A stretch of DNA of 60,372 nt from Chlamydiales bacterium (GCA_965206695.1 CBDBKM010000012.1:1-60372), one strand, 5' to 3'; shown: positions 1 to 11,080, numbered from the stretch's first letter. The notes: generated by a model from the sequence alone, not told the origin. Numbers and translations: made by a program.

Positions 1-70
1 AAAAAAATTCGCTTGCAAAGCACTGAAAGGAAAAAGTGCCGGATAGTGAGATACGCGTTATCTATGCTTA

Positions 71-1004
71 TAGTCATTTAATTTTACATTGATAAGATTG
101 CTTGATCAATGGCGAATGTAAAATTCGTAACTTTTCGTAATATCTCTCTAACTTTATTTTTCATATTAGCCCAATATTTTTCTATAGGATTTAAGTCCGG
201 AGAATAGGGAGGAAGAAACATAAGCTTACAACCGGCAGATTCTACTGTTTTCCTGCTTTCCGCTGACTTGTGAAAACCGGCATTGTCAAGAATAAGAACA
301 CTACCGGGTGTAAGCTGAGGAGTCAAAACTTCCTTAAGCCAAATATTGAATAACCCGGTATTACAAGTACCTTCAAAACACATTGGAGATAAAAACTGCC
401 CTTTAGATAGGGCTGAAATAATATTTTGCCTTATAAAGCGGTTTCCTGAAACCGCTCCAAAAACTTTTTTGCCGCATAAGCTTCTTCCGGACTCACGAAA
501 TAAAAATTGATGAATCCCGGTTTCATCGAGATAAATTCTCTTGTCAAAGGGAATATTTTTTAAATCTTTCATAAAAGCTTCCCGTTTCTTTTCATCTCTT
601 TCCTTATAGCGAGTAGTTTTTTTTTCGTGTAATTTTTAATCTTTTAAGGGCATAAAAAATCGTTTGCGGAGTGACTGAAAAATAATCAGCAATTTCCGAT
701 AAAAAATAATCCGGATGTTTTTCTACATATTTAGATAACAACTCATCATCTAATTTCTTATAAGCATATTTTCTGCGGATTGGCTTTAAATGTCCTTTTT
801 GCTTTTTTTGCAAGATCCATCGATATATTGTTGCGATACCTACTTGAAAAATATGGCCGGCTGTTTTTTTATCATGATGTTTTTCTATATGTTGTAATAC
901 TTTCTCTCGAAGATCTACTGAATAGGCTCTAGGCATTGTTTTGTCCTTACTGTTTGTATAAAAAAAGAAGGATAACATATTATCAAATAAAAATTAAAAT
1001 ACTA
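71..1004 (-). mobile_element. IS630-family element 'A', copy 1 (orfA 604..978, orfB 84..572)
   Basis: HTH orfA plus DDE orfB (DETG...DNAGFHK...LPPYSPDLNPIE); terminal IRs TAGTCATTTAATTTT / AAAATTAAAATACTA with TA on both sides; frameshift A-run is A9 here versus A10 in the other copies. Confidence 0.95.
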
Positions 1005-1138
1005 TATATCATTGAAAATGATGAAATTTATTTGATCGAAATTTATTCAAAGAGCAATAGAGAAAATGAAGATCAACAACGGATAAAATAAATTTTTAAT
1101 AAGGCAAAAAATTAAAATCGACACGTTTTAAACATGTC

Positions 1139-1197
1139 AGTTCTATTCTAGTCCGGTATATGGGGGACGGTTGGACGCATTCAGAACTTTTGATTGG
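1139..1197 (+). repeat. Conserved putative recombination site, copy 1 (full dyad form)
   Basis: AGTTCTattctaGTCCggtatatgggggacggttGGACgcattcAGAACTtttgattgg; core shared with 6879, 8607, 45088 and 48623. Confidence 0.85.
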
Positions 1198-1240
1198 AAA
1201 AAATTAGAAAATATAACAAATAATATTATTGGAAATTAGA

Positions 1241-3647
1241 TCATACTAGCTCTCCGGAAATGATCAATCGACCAGGATTGTTAGGGAGTTCCTTTACTCT
1301 ATCTTTAAAAGATTCCAGAATACTATCTTTTAATGCGCTACCGCTATTAAAACCCGTGATAACAATTATATTTGATATTTTATTCAAATCCATAAAAAAT
1401 TGTATTGCTACTTTGGCAACAGAAGGATGGATTCCTGACATGCCATCTCCGCCTTTTATTGGATAAGTATAAAACGATTTGTAATGTAAGTTTAATGTAT
1501 TACGGCTTAACTTCCGTATCAAACCTTTACTATACATCTTATTAAAGATCTCCAAAGCCTTCTCTGCTTTACCACCTTTTTCACAAGCAGAGATGACAGC
1601 ATTATAGGTAATCACATCAGGTGTAATACCGGCATCAGGCATCTTATTAAAGATCTCCAAAGCCTTCTCTGCTTTACCACCTTTTTCACAAGCAGAGATG
1701 ACAGCATTATAGGTAATCACATCAGGTGTAATACCGGCATCAGGCATCTTATTAAAGATCTCCAAAGCCTCCTCTGCTTTACCACCTTTTTCACAAGCAG
1801 AGATGACAGCATTATAGATAATTACATTAAGTGGAATACCAACAGGAATTGCCTTAAAGATCTCCAAAGCCTCCTCTGCTTTATCACCTTTTCCACAAGC
1901 AGAGATGACAGCACTATATACCCCTTATGAATCAAAGTGCCGATTCTAAGACTTGAAAATGATCATTGATTCGTGTCCTCATTGATTGAGCAATAGAGGG
2001 CCAAGTATTTTCAAAAAATCCGGTAATCGATCTCCGAAATTCTTTAGCAGAATTAAAAAACCGATTATTGCGACAATATTCATTCATCACTTTCCATAAT
2101 CGTTCAATAGGATTGAGGTTAGGACTGTAAGAAGGTAAATAATAGAGAATAATACCTTGTTTTTCTGCTTCTTGTTTGGTCTGAATACTTGTATTATAAG
2201 GACCTTGATCTAAAATAAGATGGATATTTGGAGCTGAGGGATATTTTGACCGTAATAAAGCAAAATGTTTTGCCATGGTACCGCTATTTAATGTTTCATA
2301 AGCATCTATTGTTACCTTCATACTGTTTAAATTGATAGACCCCATAAGATTCATTCGAGTTCTAGAAGCTGTTGTTGCGATTAATTTACTTGTTCCCGGT
2401 CGAATCCAACCATAAGAAATTTTAGTTGCCATAGTTGGATGCACACCATCAGCAAATTCAACAGGCTCATTTTTAGGCAGAGATGCCATAAGCTTAGTGT
2501 AAAATTGCATCCAAGCTTTTTGTTGATCAGAATTTGCCTTAGCCGGTGTACCTTTAGGCTTTTTATAGGAAAAACCATGTGAGTGTAGCCAAGAAGTCAT
2601 CCCTGAAATCGTATAAACAATGCCATATTTCGCGAGAACATAAGAACAGATATCTTCTACTTTGACATAGGTATGAGTTGTTAAATGTTTAATGAATTCT
2701 TCTGACTGTGGCGCAAGAAGTTTACTGACTGAACCACCGCTTTCTACATGCAATTGCTGTTTATTTTGATATTCTTTAATGTGACGAGACACTGTTTCAT
2801 CGTCTAAAAGCACAGCTTCAGCAATACGAGTATTACTCCAACCTTTATTCGACAATAGAACAGCCTTGATACGATCTCGTATACGACCATTCTTTTCTCG
2901 TTTATGTTGCTGTCTGAGATGCTTTTCTTCTGATAGTGTTAAAAATGAATTCATACAAAATAATTTACACTATACGAATACAAAATATCCGGAGTTTTAT
3001 TCGTGATGAGTATAGGTAATCTCATTAGGTGTAATACCGGCATCAGGCATCTTATTAAAGATCTCCAAAGCCTCCTCTGCTTTACCACCTTTTTCACAAG
3101 CAGAGATGACAGCATTATAGATAATCACATCAGGTGTAATACCGGCATCAGTTAAATTATTGAGTAATCTAATAGCATCTTGATAATTGGCGGTAGGTTT
3201 TGTAATTAAAGATACGGTACACTTCAAAACATCTTGGAGATTTTTAGTTCCGCTACGATACTGCTTAATGATGATGCTATTATCCAATACAGGTTTATGT
3301 TGTCTTGATGCTGAGGAGTTTTGCCCGCTAAAAGACGAGCAAGAAACTCTATTATAATTAGATAACGTATGAGGCGCTAAAGATTGGACCCGCTGTAAGA
3401 TATATTTTTCTTGACAGGGCTGTAATTGTGACCAATTTTTTGTTAAATCTCCGTATATTAGTGAACTGCTAGATGTTCTATCTTTTATATATGCACTAAA
3501 ATGATCTTCTATACCTTGATCATTCTCATGCCGGATAAAATAAGCAGTATACCTCGGTATTTCGGATTTAATATACTCTTTATTATCAGATATATAATTA
3601 TCTATTAGATTAAATTCTATAGAACAGTTACTAGATACATTTAACAT
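1241..3647 (-). pseudogene. PPR-repeat protein with C-terminal SMR-like domain, interrupted by IS630 'B'
   Basis: Removing 1919..3012 and one TA rejoins the frame (PNEITY-SAVISACGKG); five 34-35 aa PPR motifs, then LNLH...IIVITGFNSG...NNPGRLII. Confidence 0.9.
1919..3012 (-). mobile_element. IS630-family element 'B', copy 1 (transposase 1932..2954)
   Basis: 340-aa transposase (DGVHP, DQGPY, LPSYSPNLNPIE); ends TACTCATCACGAAT / ATTCATAAGGGGTA; TA duplication. Confidence 0.95.
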
Positions 3648-3847
3648 CAATTCTAATATAAGATCAATTCTAATATAAGGTTATTTATTTAACTAAATTA
3701 TAACATAATTAATGTATTACTTAAACTTAAAAGATGATAAATAGTAAACATCTTTTAAGGTTATTTGATTGTAATTTTAAAGGTTAAATTAAAATATGTA
3801 ATCTAATTTATTATTGAAAAAAATTAGGTACTTTTGAAGCTTTTGAA

Positions 3848-4032
3848 CTTAGTACAGGACAAAAAAAATGAGATTGAAGTAACTCGCTGATATGCAGTAA
3901 TCTTTTTTGAAAAAAAAGGAGATTTTAACATGCATATCAATGAGTTATCCGGGATCTTAAACCGATACTTCAATTTTCACAAGGCTCGTGCTGATTGCCT
4001 TGCTCAGCTTGTGATAGCAATGATCACTGTTA
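3848..4032 (+). mobile_element. 5' fragment of IS4-family element, truncated by IS630 'A'
   Basis: Near-identical to 49986..50169: IR CTTAGTACAGGACA and start of MHINELSGIL ORF. Confidence 0.85.
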
Positions 4033-4967
4033 TAGTATTTTAATTTTTATTTGATAATATGTTATCCTTCTTTTTTTATACAAACAGTAAGGACAAAACA
4101 ATGCCTAGAGCCTATTCAGTAGATCTTCGAGAGAAAGTATTACAACATATAGAAAAACATCATGATAAAAAAACAGCCGGCCATATTTTTCAAGTAGGTA
4201 TCGCAACAATATATCGATGGATCTTGCAAAAAAAGCAAAAAGGACATTTAAAGCCAATCCGCAGAAAATATGCTTATAAAAAATTAGATGATGAGTTGTT
4301 ATCTAAATATGTAGAAAAACATCCGGATTATTTTTTATCGGAAATTGCTGATTATTTTTCAGTCACTCCGCAAACGATTTTTTATGCCCTTAAAAGATTA
4401 AAAATTACACGAAAAAAAAAACTACTCGCTATAAGGAAAGAGATGAAAAGAAACGGGAAGCTTTTATGAAAGATTTAAAAAATATTCCCTTTGACAAGAG
4501 AATTTATCTCGATGAAACCGGGATTCATCAATTTTTATTTCGTGAGTCCGGAAGAAGCTTACGCGGCAAAAAAGTTTTTGGAGCGGTTTCAGGAAACCGC
4601 TTTATAAGGCAAAATATTATTTCAGCCCTATCTAAAGGGCAGTTTTTATCTCCAATGTGTTTTGAAGGTACTTGTAATACCGGGTTATTCAATATTTGGC
4701 TTAAGGAAGTTTTAACTCCTCAGCTTACACCCGGTAGTGTTCTTATTCTTGACAATGCAGGTTTTCACAAGTCAGCGGAAAGTAGGAAAAAAGTAGAATC
4801 TGCCGGTTGTAAGCTTATGTTTCTTCCTCCATATTCTCCGGACTTAAATCCTATAGAAAAATATTGGGCTAATATGAAAAATAAAGTTAGAGAGATATTA
4901 CGAAAAGTTACGAATTTTACATTCGCCATTGATCAAGCAATCTTATCAATGTAAAATTAAATGACCA
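4033..4967 (+). mobile_element. IS630 'A', copy 2 (orfA 4059..4469, orfB 4466..4954; -1 frameshift at A10)
   Basis: Near-identical to the other copies; TA flanks. Confidence 0.95.
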
Positions 4968-5947
4968 TAACCTCTTCTAGAAATGAACCTGCTTTAGAAA
5001 TAGCTATTACTAAGGGTAGGGAAAACATTGTGATGTTATTGATTGATCATGGGTCAGATATCAATCTTTTATTTTCGAACAAACAGCCTCTTTTATCTCA
5101 TGCTGTAAAACAAAAACTTGCAAAATTAATCGATTATTTATTGGATCAAGGTGTTGCTGTCGATGTTGGAGTGGATGGCTCTACCAATCCTTTAGCTGTT
5201 GCATTAGAAGCAGGAAATATTGAATTAGTTAAGAGACTGATTCAATTTGGAGCAGATCCTAATTATCTATTTATATCGGATCATAATCGAACAGCATTAT
5301 ATACTGCTGTTCAATCAAAAAATATTCCAATAATAAAATATCTTTTAGAACATGAGGCTAATCCATATATTGCAGATGCATATTCAAATACTGCTTTTGC
5401 ATATGCAGAAGAAGAAAATCTAACAGATATTTTTAATTTATTCATGAAATATTCCGAACCAAGAGAGAAGCTTGGAGAATGGAATATAGATAAAAATCAA
5501 GTGTTTGAATGTGTTGTTTTTGATTTTAGTAAGAGAGTGTTTTTTCCTGAAAAACATAAATATCAAAATTTAAGTGGTGCAAGCATATTAGAATTAAATA
5601 AAAGTGGGAAATATTGGTGTCAGCCTAAATCTATGATAGACTCTACATTTATAGGTAAAAAATATATACACAATAAATTATATGAAGTTATTGTTATGGA
5701 TACCAATGGCCATAGTTGTAGCCCTTTTGTTTCTTATGATTTTTTAAAATGTAATCGTGAAAATACAAACATAGAAGTAAAAGAAGGAGATTTTGTAAAA
5801 GTACCGGGTTACTTTTTAAATGATTGGAATAATCGTATATCTAATGAAACTAAAAATCTAAGGTTCTGGTTTCAACCGACTGGTATTTTGTCTCATGAAA
5901 CACGTTTAGAAATTATTCGATATGGGGACAAAAGAAGATTTCAATAA
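4961..5947 (+). CDS. Ankyrin-repeat protein, 5'-truncated, ATG supplied by the IS end
   Basis: ANK motifs (PLAVALEAGNIELVKRLIQFGADPN; TALYTAVQSKNIPIIKYLLEHEANP); C-terminal half unrecognised. Confidence 0.8.
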   Translation: MTITSSRNEPALEIAITKGRENIVMLLIDHGSDINLLFSNKQPLLSHAVKQKLAKLIDYLLDQGVAVDVGVDGSTNPLAVALEAGNIELVKRLIQFGADPNYLFISDHNRTALYTAVQSKNIPIIKYLLEHEANPYIADAYSNTAFAYAEEENLTDIFNLFMKYSEPREKLGEWNIDKNQVFECVVFDFSKRVFFPEKHKYQNLSGASILELNKSGKYWCQPKSMIDSTFIGKKYIHNKLYEVIVMDTNGHSCSPFVSYDFLKCNRENTNIEVKEGDFVKVPGYFLNDWNNRISNETKNLRFWFQPTGILSHETRLEIIRYGDKRRFQ

Positions 5948-6094
5948 AATGTATTATACACATTTAAGCTGAAGAATTGAACTCTTCCTATCCTAATATT
6001 GTCAATTTTTCATGTTAAATATGTATATAAAACCGCACCGAGTTGTCAACTCTTCAACTTAAATGTGTATACATGAAATATGATCTAAAAATAT

Positions 6095-6445
6095 TTATAC
6101 AGAGGCCCTCTTTTCCCTTTTTCTAGGTAAAGCTTTTCTTTTTTTTGGTTGTTCGATTTGTTGTACTTTAAATTCAAACCCCATAGCATTTAAAATATCT
6201 CTCATCGAGCCTAAATAAGGGTTCCCTTTTCTTGAAAGAGTTTTGTATAAACTTTCTTTGTTTTTTTTAGCGTGTTTAGCTAAAAAAGCCATACCACCTT
6301 TTGCTTTTGCTACATCTCGTATGGCAAGTAAGAAAACACCCAAATCTTCATCTTTTAGGCATTCATTTAAGTAGCCTTCGGCAAATTCAGGGTCTTCTAA
6401 TTCTTCATATAAATAGTCTGTATATTTATTTGCTTTAATCATCAT
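6095..6445 (-). CDS. Addiction-module antidote (HigA / HI1420-like HTH antitoxin)
   Basis: YLNECL...FLLAIRDVAKAKGGMAFLA...ESLYKTLSRKGNP; overlaps the upstream toxin gene. Confidence 0.88.
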   Translation of the reverse strand: MMIKANKYTDYLYEELEDPEFAEGYLNECLKDEDLGVFLLAIRDVAKAKGGMAFLAKHAKKNKESLYKTLSRKGNPYLGSMRDILNAMGFEFKVQQIEQPKKRKALPRKREKRASV

Positions 6446-6770
6446 CCCTTCCTTGATAATCTAGCCAATATTCTTTGGCTTTTTTTATATCTGTAGTCTG
6501 GCTTCCTTTATTACCGGCAATTAAAAGTATTACAACAGAATCACCTTCTTTAGCAAAATATACTCTATAACCTGAGGCTATATGAAACCGCATTTCATAA
6601 ATACCTTTACTTCCTTTGATGGGTTTACAGTCACCAAAGTTTCCTCTCCTTAAGCGAGCGATTCTTGAGTTAATTATAATCCTATTACTTTTACCTAACT
6701 TATTGATCCATTGAATAAACGGTTCTTTTCCGTTAGGGAGTTGGTAGTGGAGTAGTTCGATTATTTCCAT
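6435..6770 (-). CDS. Addiction-module killer (RelE/HigB, HI1419-like toxin)
   Basis: GKEPFIQW...RIARLRRGNFGDCKPI...GIYEMRFHIASGYRVYF...LLIAGNKGSQTTDIKKA. Confidence 0.9.
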   Translation of the reverse strand: MEIIELLHYQLPNGKEPFIQWINKLGKSNRIIINSRIARLRRGNFGDCKPIKGSKGIYEMRFHIASGYRVYFAKEGDSVVILLIAGNKGSQTTDIKKAKEYWLDYQGRDDD

Positions 6771-6779
6771 GCATCTATT

Positions 6780-6795
6780 TTAGCCTATAAGCTAA
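6780..6795. promoter_or_regulatory. Probable TA operator palindrome
   Basis: Imperfect palindrome TTAGCCTATAAGCTAA ~10 bp upstream of the toxin start. Confidence 0.5.
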
Positions 6796-6878
6796 TTAAA
6801 TTAAATATAAAAGAATTATTTGATAGGGGAAGTATTAGAAGTGAATGAGGATTGAAATAATAAAGCATTCATACGTCT

Positions 6879-6934
6879 CCAATCAAAAGTTCTGAATGCG
6901 TCCAACCGCCCCCATATATTGGACTAGAATAGAA
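6879..6934 (-). repeat. Conserved putative recombination site, copy 2 (full dyad form)
   Basis: Reverse strand TTCTattctaGTCCAAtatatgggggcggTTGGACgcattcAGAActtttgattgg, directly after the Fic gene stop. Confidence 0.85.
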
Positions 6935-6935
6935 A

Positions 6936-7907
6936 TTAATTAAAAGAAGTGGGCATGCGTAAATATAAATTGTAATAATCTGCATACATGTGTAGAGGGA
7001 CCTTATCACGAGCTCCCTTACTCAAAAGAAAATCCGCAATCGCTTTTTCTCTTTTTTTAACAGCGACCTGAAAAGGCGTTAAGCCGTTTGCATCTACAGC
7101 ATCAATTTTTGCCCCATGAGTCACAGATATTTTTAGAAGATCTAGTTTGCTACGACTGTCTAACCGTGCTTCTTTTATGAGAAGTTGTAAAAAATTGTGA
7201 TCATTGATGGTGCTGCTACTTCTGATTAAAGCTTTAAATAAAGCTAGTTTTTTATTTAAATAGGGTCGATATAAGCTGTTTTTAATTAAATCTGATAATT
7301 TGGGATTATCGGCACCATGTTTTATCATAAAATGAACAAGTGGTTGAAGATCTCCTTTATCGGCAGCACGAAGCGTTTGGATATAATATGAGCGTATTTT
7401 ACTTTCTTCATTCAGTTGATTAGGCCATATAGAATATGGGCATTCCCATGCTGCAAGAAAACGGTCTCCAATCAGACGTGAAAATCGACCATTCCCATTT
7501 TCAAAGGGATGGATAAAAACTAAGCGATGGTGAATCCTAGCCGCCATTTCTACGAAGGTGAGCTCAACAGGATGTTGTAGCCAAGAGAGTACTTCATGAC
7601 AAAGTTCAGATAGTTGCATTGGAATTAAAGATGGCTTGATACCGATTGAAGTGATTGATTTTCTATATTTTCCGGCCCATGACCACACTCGATTAAACAT
7701 ACTGTGATGGATTGTTTTCAGTTCTTTGATATGAAACCATTTTTCCGGACTATGGATACTCTTTAGCAGGTATTTTCTTTGGGCACACATAATATTTTCT
7801 GCCTCAAGTCTGTTTAAATCCTGTAAAGTATGTATCCAATCCGGAATGAGGTTACTATAATCAGAAATAGGTGTTGCCCCTTCGGGGAAAGTAAAATATT
7901 TAGGCAT
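6936..7907 (-). CDS. Fic-domain protein (mobile mystery protein B-like) with C-terminal ankyrin repeat
   Basis: Canonical Fic motif HPFENGNGRFSR; PEGATP N-terminus; C-terminal GAKIDAVDANGLTPFQVAVKKREKAIADFLLSKGA; ATG at 7907 preferred. Confidence 0.88.
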   Translation of the reverse strand: MPKYFTFPEGATPISDYSNLIPDWIHTLQDLNRLEAENIMCAQRKYLLKSIHSPEKWFHIKELKTIHHSMFNRVWSWAGKYRKSITSIGIKPSLIPMQLSELCHEVLSWLQHPVELTFVEMAARIHHRLVFIHPFENGNGRFSRLIGDRFLAAWECPYSIWPNQLNEESKIRSYYIQTLRAADKGDLQPLVHFMIKHGADNPKLSDLIKNSLYRPYLNKKLALFKALIRSSSTINDHNFLQLLIKEARLDSRSKLDLLKISVTHGAKIDAVDANGLTPFQVAVKKREKAIADFLLSKGARDKVPLHMYADYYNLYLRMPTSFN

Positions 7908-7914
7908 AACTATT

Positions 7915-8376
7915 TTACTCCTTCCATAAATCAGCATTTGGTCCTTGTAAGAGACGTTCTTCTTCTTGTTTTAATAGTTCTTCCATAAAATTAGGATCGG
8001 GTTCTTGTTTTTCTAAATTCATTGTTCCTTTTAGATAGCTGATTTGTTTGGTAGCTATCTTTTTTGCCTGTTCTTTTTTAAGGGTGTCAATAGATTTTGT
8101 TAGGAGCGGAGCGATGACTAAATCACATGCAATTCCAGACAGAATTTTCTGTAAGGTTAATATACTTGTATCTCGCTGTCCTTGTTCTATTCGAGAAATA
8201 GTGGATTGGGGTACACCCGAACGTTTTGATAAAACTTGTTGTGGCATGCCTAATTGTTTTCGGATAAGCTTAATAAGCACACCGATTGAAAGGGTTCGTG
8301 TTGCACTACTTAATTGCAAAGAAGCTTTTGTAACTTCTTGAATAATCAGTTTTTCTGAAACAGAATCAGTTTTCAT
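7915..8376 (-). CDS. XRE-family HTH protein (mobile mystery protein A-like), partner of the Fic gene
   Basis: IRKQLGMPQQVLSKRSGVPQSTISRIEQG and C-terminal TMNLEKQ motif. Confidence 0.85.
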   Translation of the reverse strand: MKTDSVSEKLIIQEVTKASLQLSSATRTLSIGVLIKLIRKQLGMPQQVLSKRSGVPQSTISRIEQGQRDTSILTLQKILSGIACDLVIAPLLTKSIDTLKKEQAKKIATKQISYLKGTMNLEKQEPDPNFMEELLKQEEERLLQGPNADLWKE

Positions 8377-8606
8377 TCTTTAGCCTTTATCTTTACTATA
8401 GCATTTATACTATAAAAATCAATAATAAATATGCTGTATAGGCATATTTAACATGTAAAATTATAGTGTGCATACTATTTAAAAAATCTAATTAATTGGT
8501 AATAAGTGAGTTGAAAATAGCAAATGGATTACGAGTAAGGTATTCTATTCAATTATTTTAATGGATAGAAATTACTATAATTATTCATTTTTACAGTAAA
8601 TTCTAT

Positions 8607-8642
8607 CCAATTTAAAGTTCTGAATGCGTCCAACCGCCCCCA
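8607..8642 (-). repeat. Conserved putative recombination site, copy 3 (integrase-proximal, half form)
   Basis: Reverse strand TGGGGGCGGTTGGACGCATTCAGAACTTTAAATTGG, ~170 bp upstream of the integrase ATG and facing away from it. Confidence 0.85.
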
Positions 8643-8809
8643 AATTTTTATCTCATTAAAAACAAGGGACTTAAGAGAATATAGAGTAAATTATAAAACT
8701 CTAGATAATGAGATTTTAGCTCTTGCGGTGCAAAACGGTGCAGTGAAAAATAGTTTTACCGGTACTATCCAATCTTTTGATTTACCAAATAATTAAAGAG
8801 AGGCATAGT

Positions 8810-9798
8810 ATGGCATCAATTTTCAAAAGAAAAACCATTACCGGAAGCACTTGGAGAGCTGTTATTAGATTAAAAGGTTTTCCAACTACCGGCCAAACGT
8901 TTGACCGTAAACAAGAGGCTGAAGATTGGGCAAATGAAACAGAAAGAAAAATTAAATCCGGTCGTTTTAATTTCTCCCGGCATAAAAACAAGAATACCTT
9001 TTCACTACTAATGGAGCGTTATACTGCGGATGGGGCTTTAGAGCATCATCGTTCTGTTAGAGACACCTTAAGACATTTAGAATATTGGAATCAACGGATT
9101 GGCTCCTATGCTCTTTGTCATATTAACTCGGAGCTTATAAGTAAAGAGCGTAAATGTTTATTAGAGACAGATACGACACATGGTAAAAAACGTACTCCGG
9201 GTACTGTCAATCGCTATTTTTCTACTTTATCGTCTATTTTAACATATGCCGTCAAACACTTGCACTGGATTGATCAAAACCCCTGCAATAAATTATTAAA
9301 ATTAAAAGAATCTTCCGGTAGAGATCGTTATTTATCTGATGAAGAAGCTATTCTATTATTACAAGTCTGTAAAGAACATCATCATCCTTATATATATGCT
9401 ATTGTTTTAATAGCTCTTACTACAGGGGCTGGAAAAGGAGAAATCTTAGGGTTACAATGGGATGACATCGATTTTGAAAGTCAAATGACTTATGTAAAAG
9501 TAACTAAAAATGGAAGACCAAGGAGTTTACCATTAGTTGATGTAGTGATTCAGGAGCTTAATCATTTGAAAAAGTTAAAGAAGACTCATCACACTTGTGT
9601 CTTCCCCGGTCAAACGGCATTTAGACAATTAGATATTAGATCTGTATGGTCTGATATACCGGAACAGGCAAATATTCAATCCTTTAAATTTCATGATCTA
9701 CGGCACTCTTTTGCTACCTTTGCCGCTCGTCAAGGAGCTTCTAATTTAGAATTAGCGACTGCTATGGGCCATCGTTCTTTGCAGATGTTACAGCGTTA
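8810..9798 (+). pseudogene. Tyrosine integrase, probably inactive
   Basis: HDLRH, GHRS and RY motifs present, but catalytic Arg is Gly (TTGAGKGE) and IS630 inserts at the final Tyr codon; homologous to 43678..44772. Confidence 0.85.
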
Positions 9799-10733
9799 TA
9801 GTATTTTAATTTTTATTTGATAATATGTTATCCTTCTTTTTTTATACAAACAGTAAGGACAAAACAATGCCTAGAGCCTATTCAGTAGATCTTCGAGAGA
9901 AAGTATGACAACATATAGAAAAACATCATGATAAAAAAACAGCCGGCCATATTTTTCAAGTAGATATCGCAACAATATATCGATGGATCTTGCAAAAAAA
10001 GCAAAAAGGACATTTAAAGCCAATCCGCAGAAAATATGCTTATAAGAAATTAGATGATGAGTTGTTATCTAAATATGTAGAAAAACATCCGGATTATTTT
10101 TTATCGGAAATTGCTGATTATTTTTCAGTCACTCCGCAAACGATTTTTTATGCCCTTAAAAGATTAAAAATTACACGAAAAAAAAAACTACTCGCTATAA
10201 GGAAAGAGATGAAAAGAAACGGGAAGCTTTTATGAAAGATTTAAAAAATATTCCCTTTGACAAGAGAATTTATCTCGATGAAACCGGGATTCATCAATTT
10301 TTATTTCGTGAGTCCGGAAGAAGCTTACGCGGCAAAAAAGTTTTTGGAGCGGTTTCAGGAAACCGCTTTATAAGGCAAAATATTATTTCAGCCCTATCTA
10401 AAGGGCAATTTTTATCTCCAATGGGTTTTGAAGGTACTTGTAATACCGGGTTATTCAATATTTGGCTTAAGGAAGTTTTGACTCCTCAGCTTACACCCGG
10501 TAGTGTTCTTATTCTTGACAATGCCGGTTTTCACAAGTCAGCGGAAAGCAGGAAAACAGTAGAATCTGCCGGTTGTAAGCTTATGTTTCTTCCTCCATAT
10601 TCTCCGGACTTAAATCCTATAGAAAAATATTGGGCTAATATGAAAAATAAAGCTAAAGAGATATTACGAAAAGTTACGAATTTTAAATTCGCCATTGATC
10701 AAGCAATCTTGTCAATGTAAAATTAAATGACTA
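9799..10733 (+). mobile_element. IS630 'A', copy 3 (orfA has a nonsense codon)
   Basis: Near-identical copy; TTA>TGA at ~9906; TA flanks. Confidence 0.95.
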
Positions 10734-10735
10734 TA

Positions 10736-11080
10736 GATGGATATGCAGGGCTTCATCTATCAAGTATTTATTAGAATGAGGTATTCTACTCATAAATTCT
10801 CTTAAAATAGCTCTTTTTAAAACCAATTTTCTCTATATTAACCTATTACTAACTAAAATCCATGGGGTTGCAAAAGTTATACAGAGGTCTTTATTGCCTC
10901 ATTTTTTGAGAACCATGGCAAAATTTGGAGTGTAAACTCTCAATTTCAATCTAGCATATTTATTGAAATATTTACTTACAACCGAAAAAAATCCAAGGTA
11001 CCCAAATTGGATTTACTAGATATGCTTGGTAAAGCAGTAGATTATATGCTAACACGTAAAAAAGAAGTGTTGAACCACAC
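10736..11080 (+). pseudogene. Probable IS66 transposase remnant
   Basis: Short motifs DGYAG (10736) and MLGKAVDYML (~11023) typical of IS66 TnpC; heavily decayed. Confidence 0.4.

Noticed and set aside
1260..1466. Short antisense or overlapping ORFs (1260, 2381, 8048, 8782, 11397, 14286, 18453, 19307, 23872, 25113, 32346, 37147, 42880, 46183, 48721, 48963, 50724, 56114 and similar)
   Set aside because: Shadows of well-supported genes on the opposite strand or frame.
1530..1920. 105-bp near-perfect tandem repeats as a CRISPR array or DGR template
   Set aside because: They are in-frame PPR coding units with no unique spacers; no cas or reverse transcriptase genes in the window.
4411..4470. 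Split IS630 transposase as a pseudogene
   Set aside because: The A10 run and -1 overlap are conserved across copies and match known programmed frameshifting in IS630.
5996..6075. Degenerate direct repeat TTGTCAA...TTAAAT.TGTATA.A and palindrome GAGTTGTCAACTC between the ankyrin and antitoxin genes
   Set aside because: Two imperfect AT-rich copies with no similarity to the 36-bp site; cannot be separated from chance or an old duplication.
8607..8642. tRNA gene next to the integrase
   Set aside because: Only a loose T-loop/CCA resemblance; no cloverleaf. No tRNA or rRNA gene recognised anywhere in the window.
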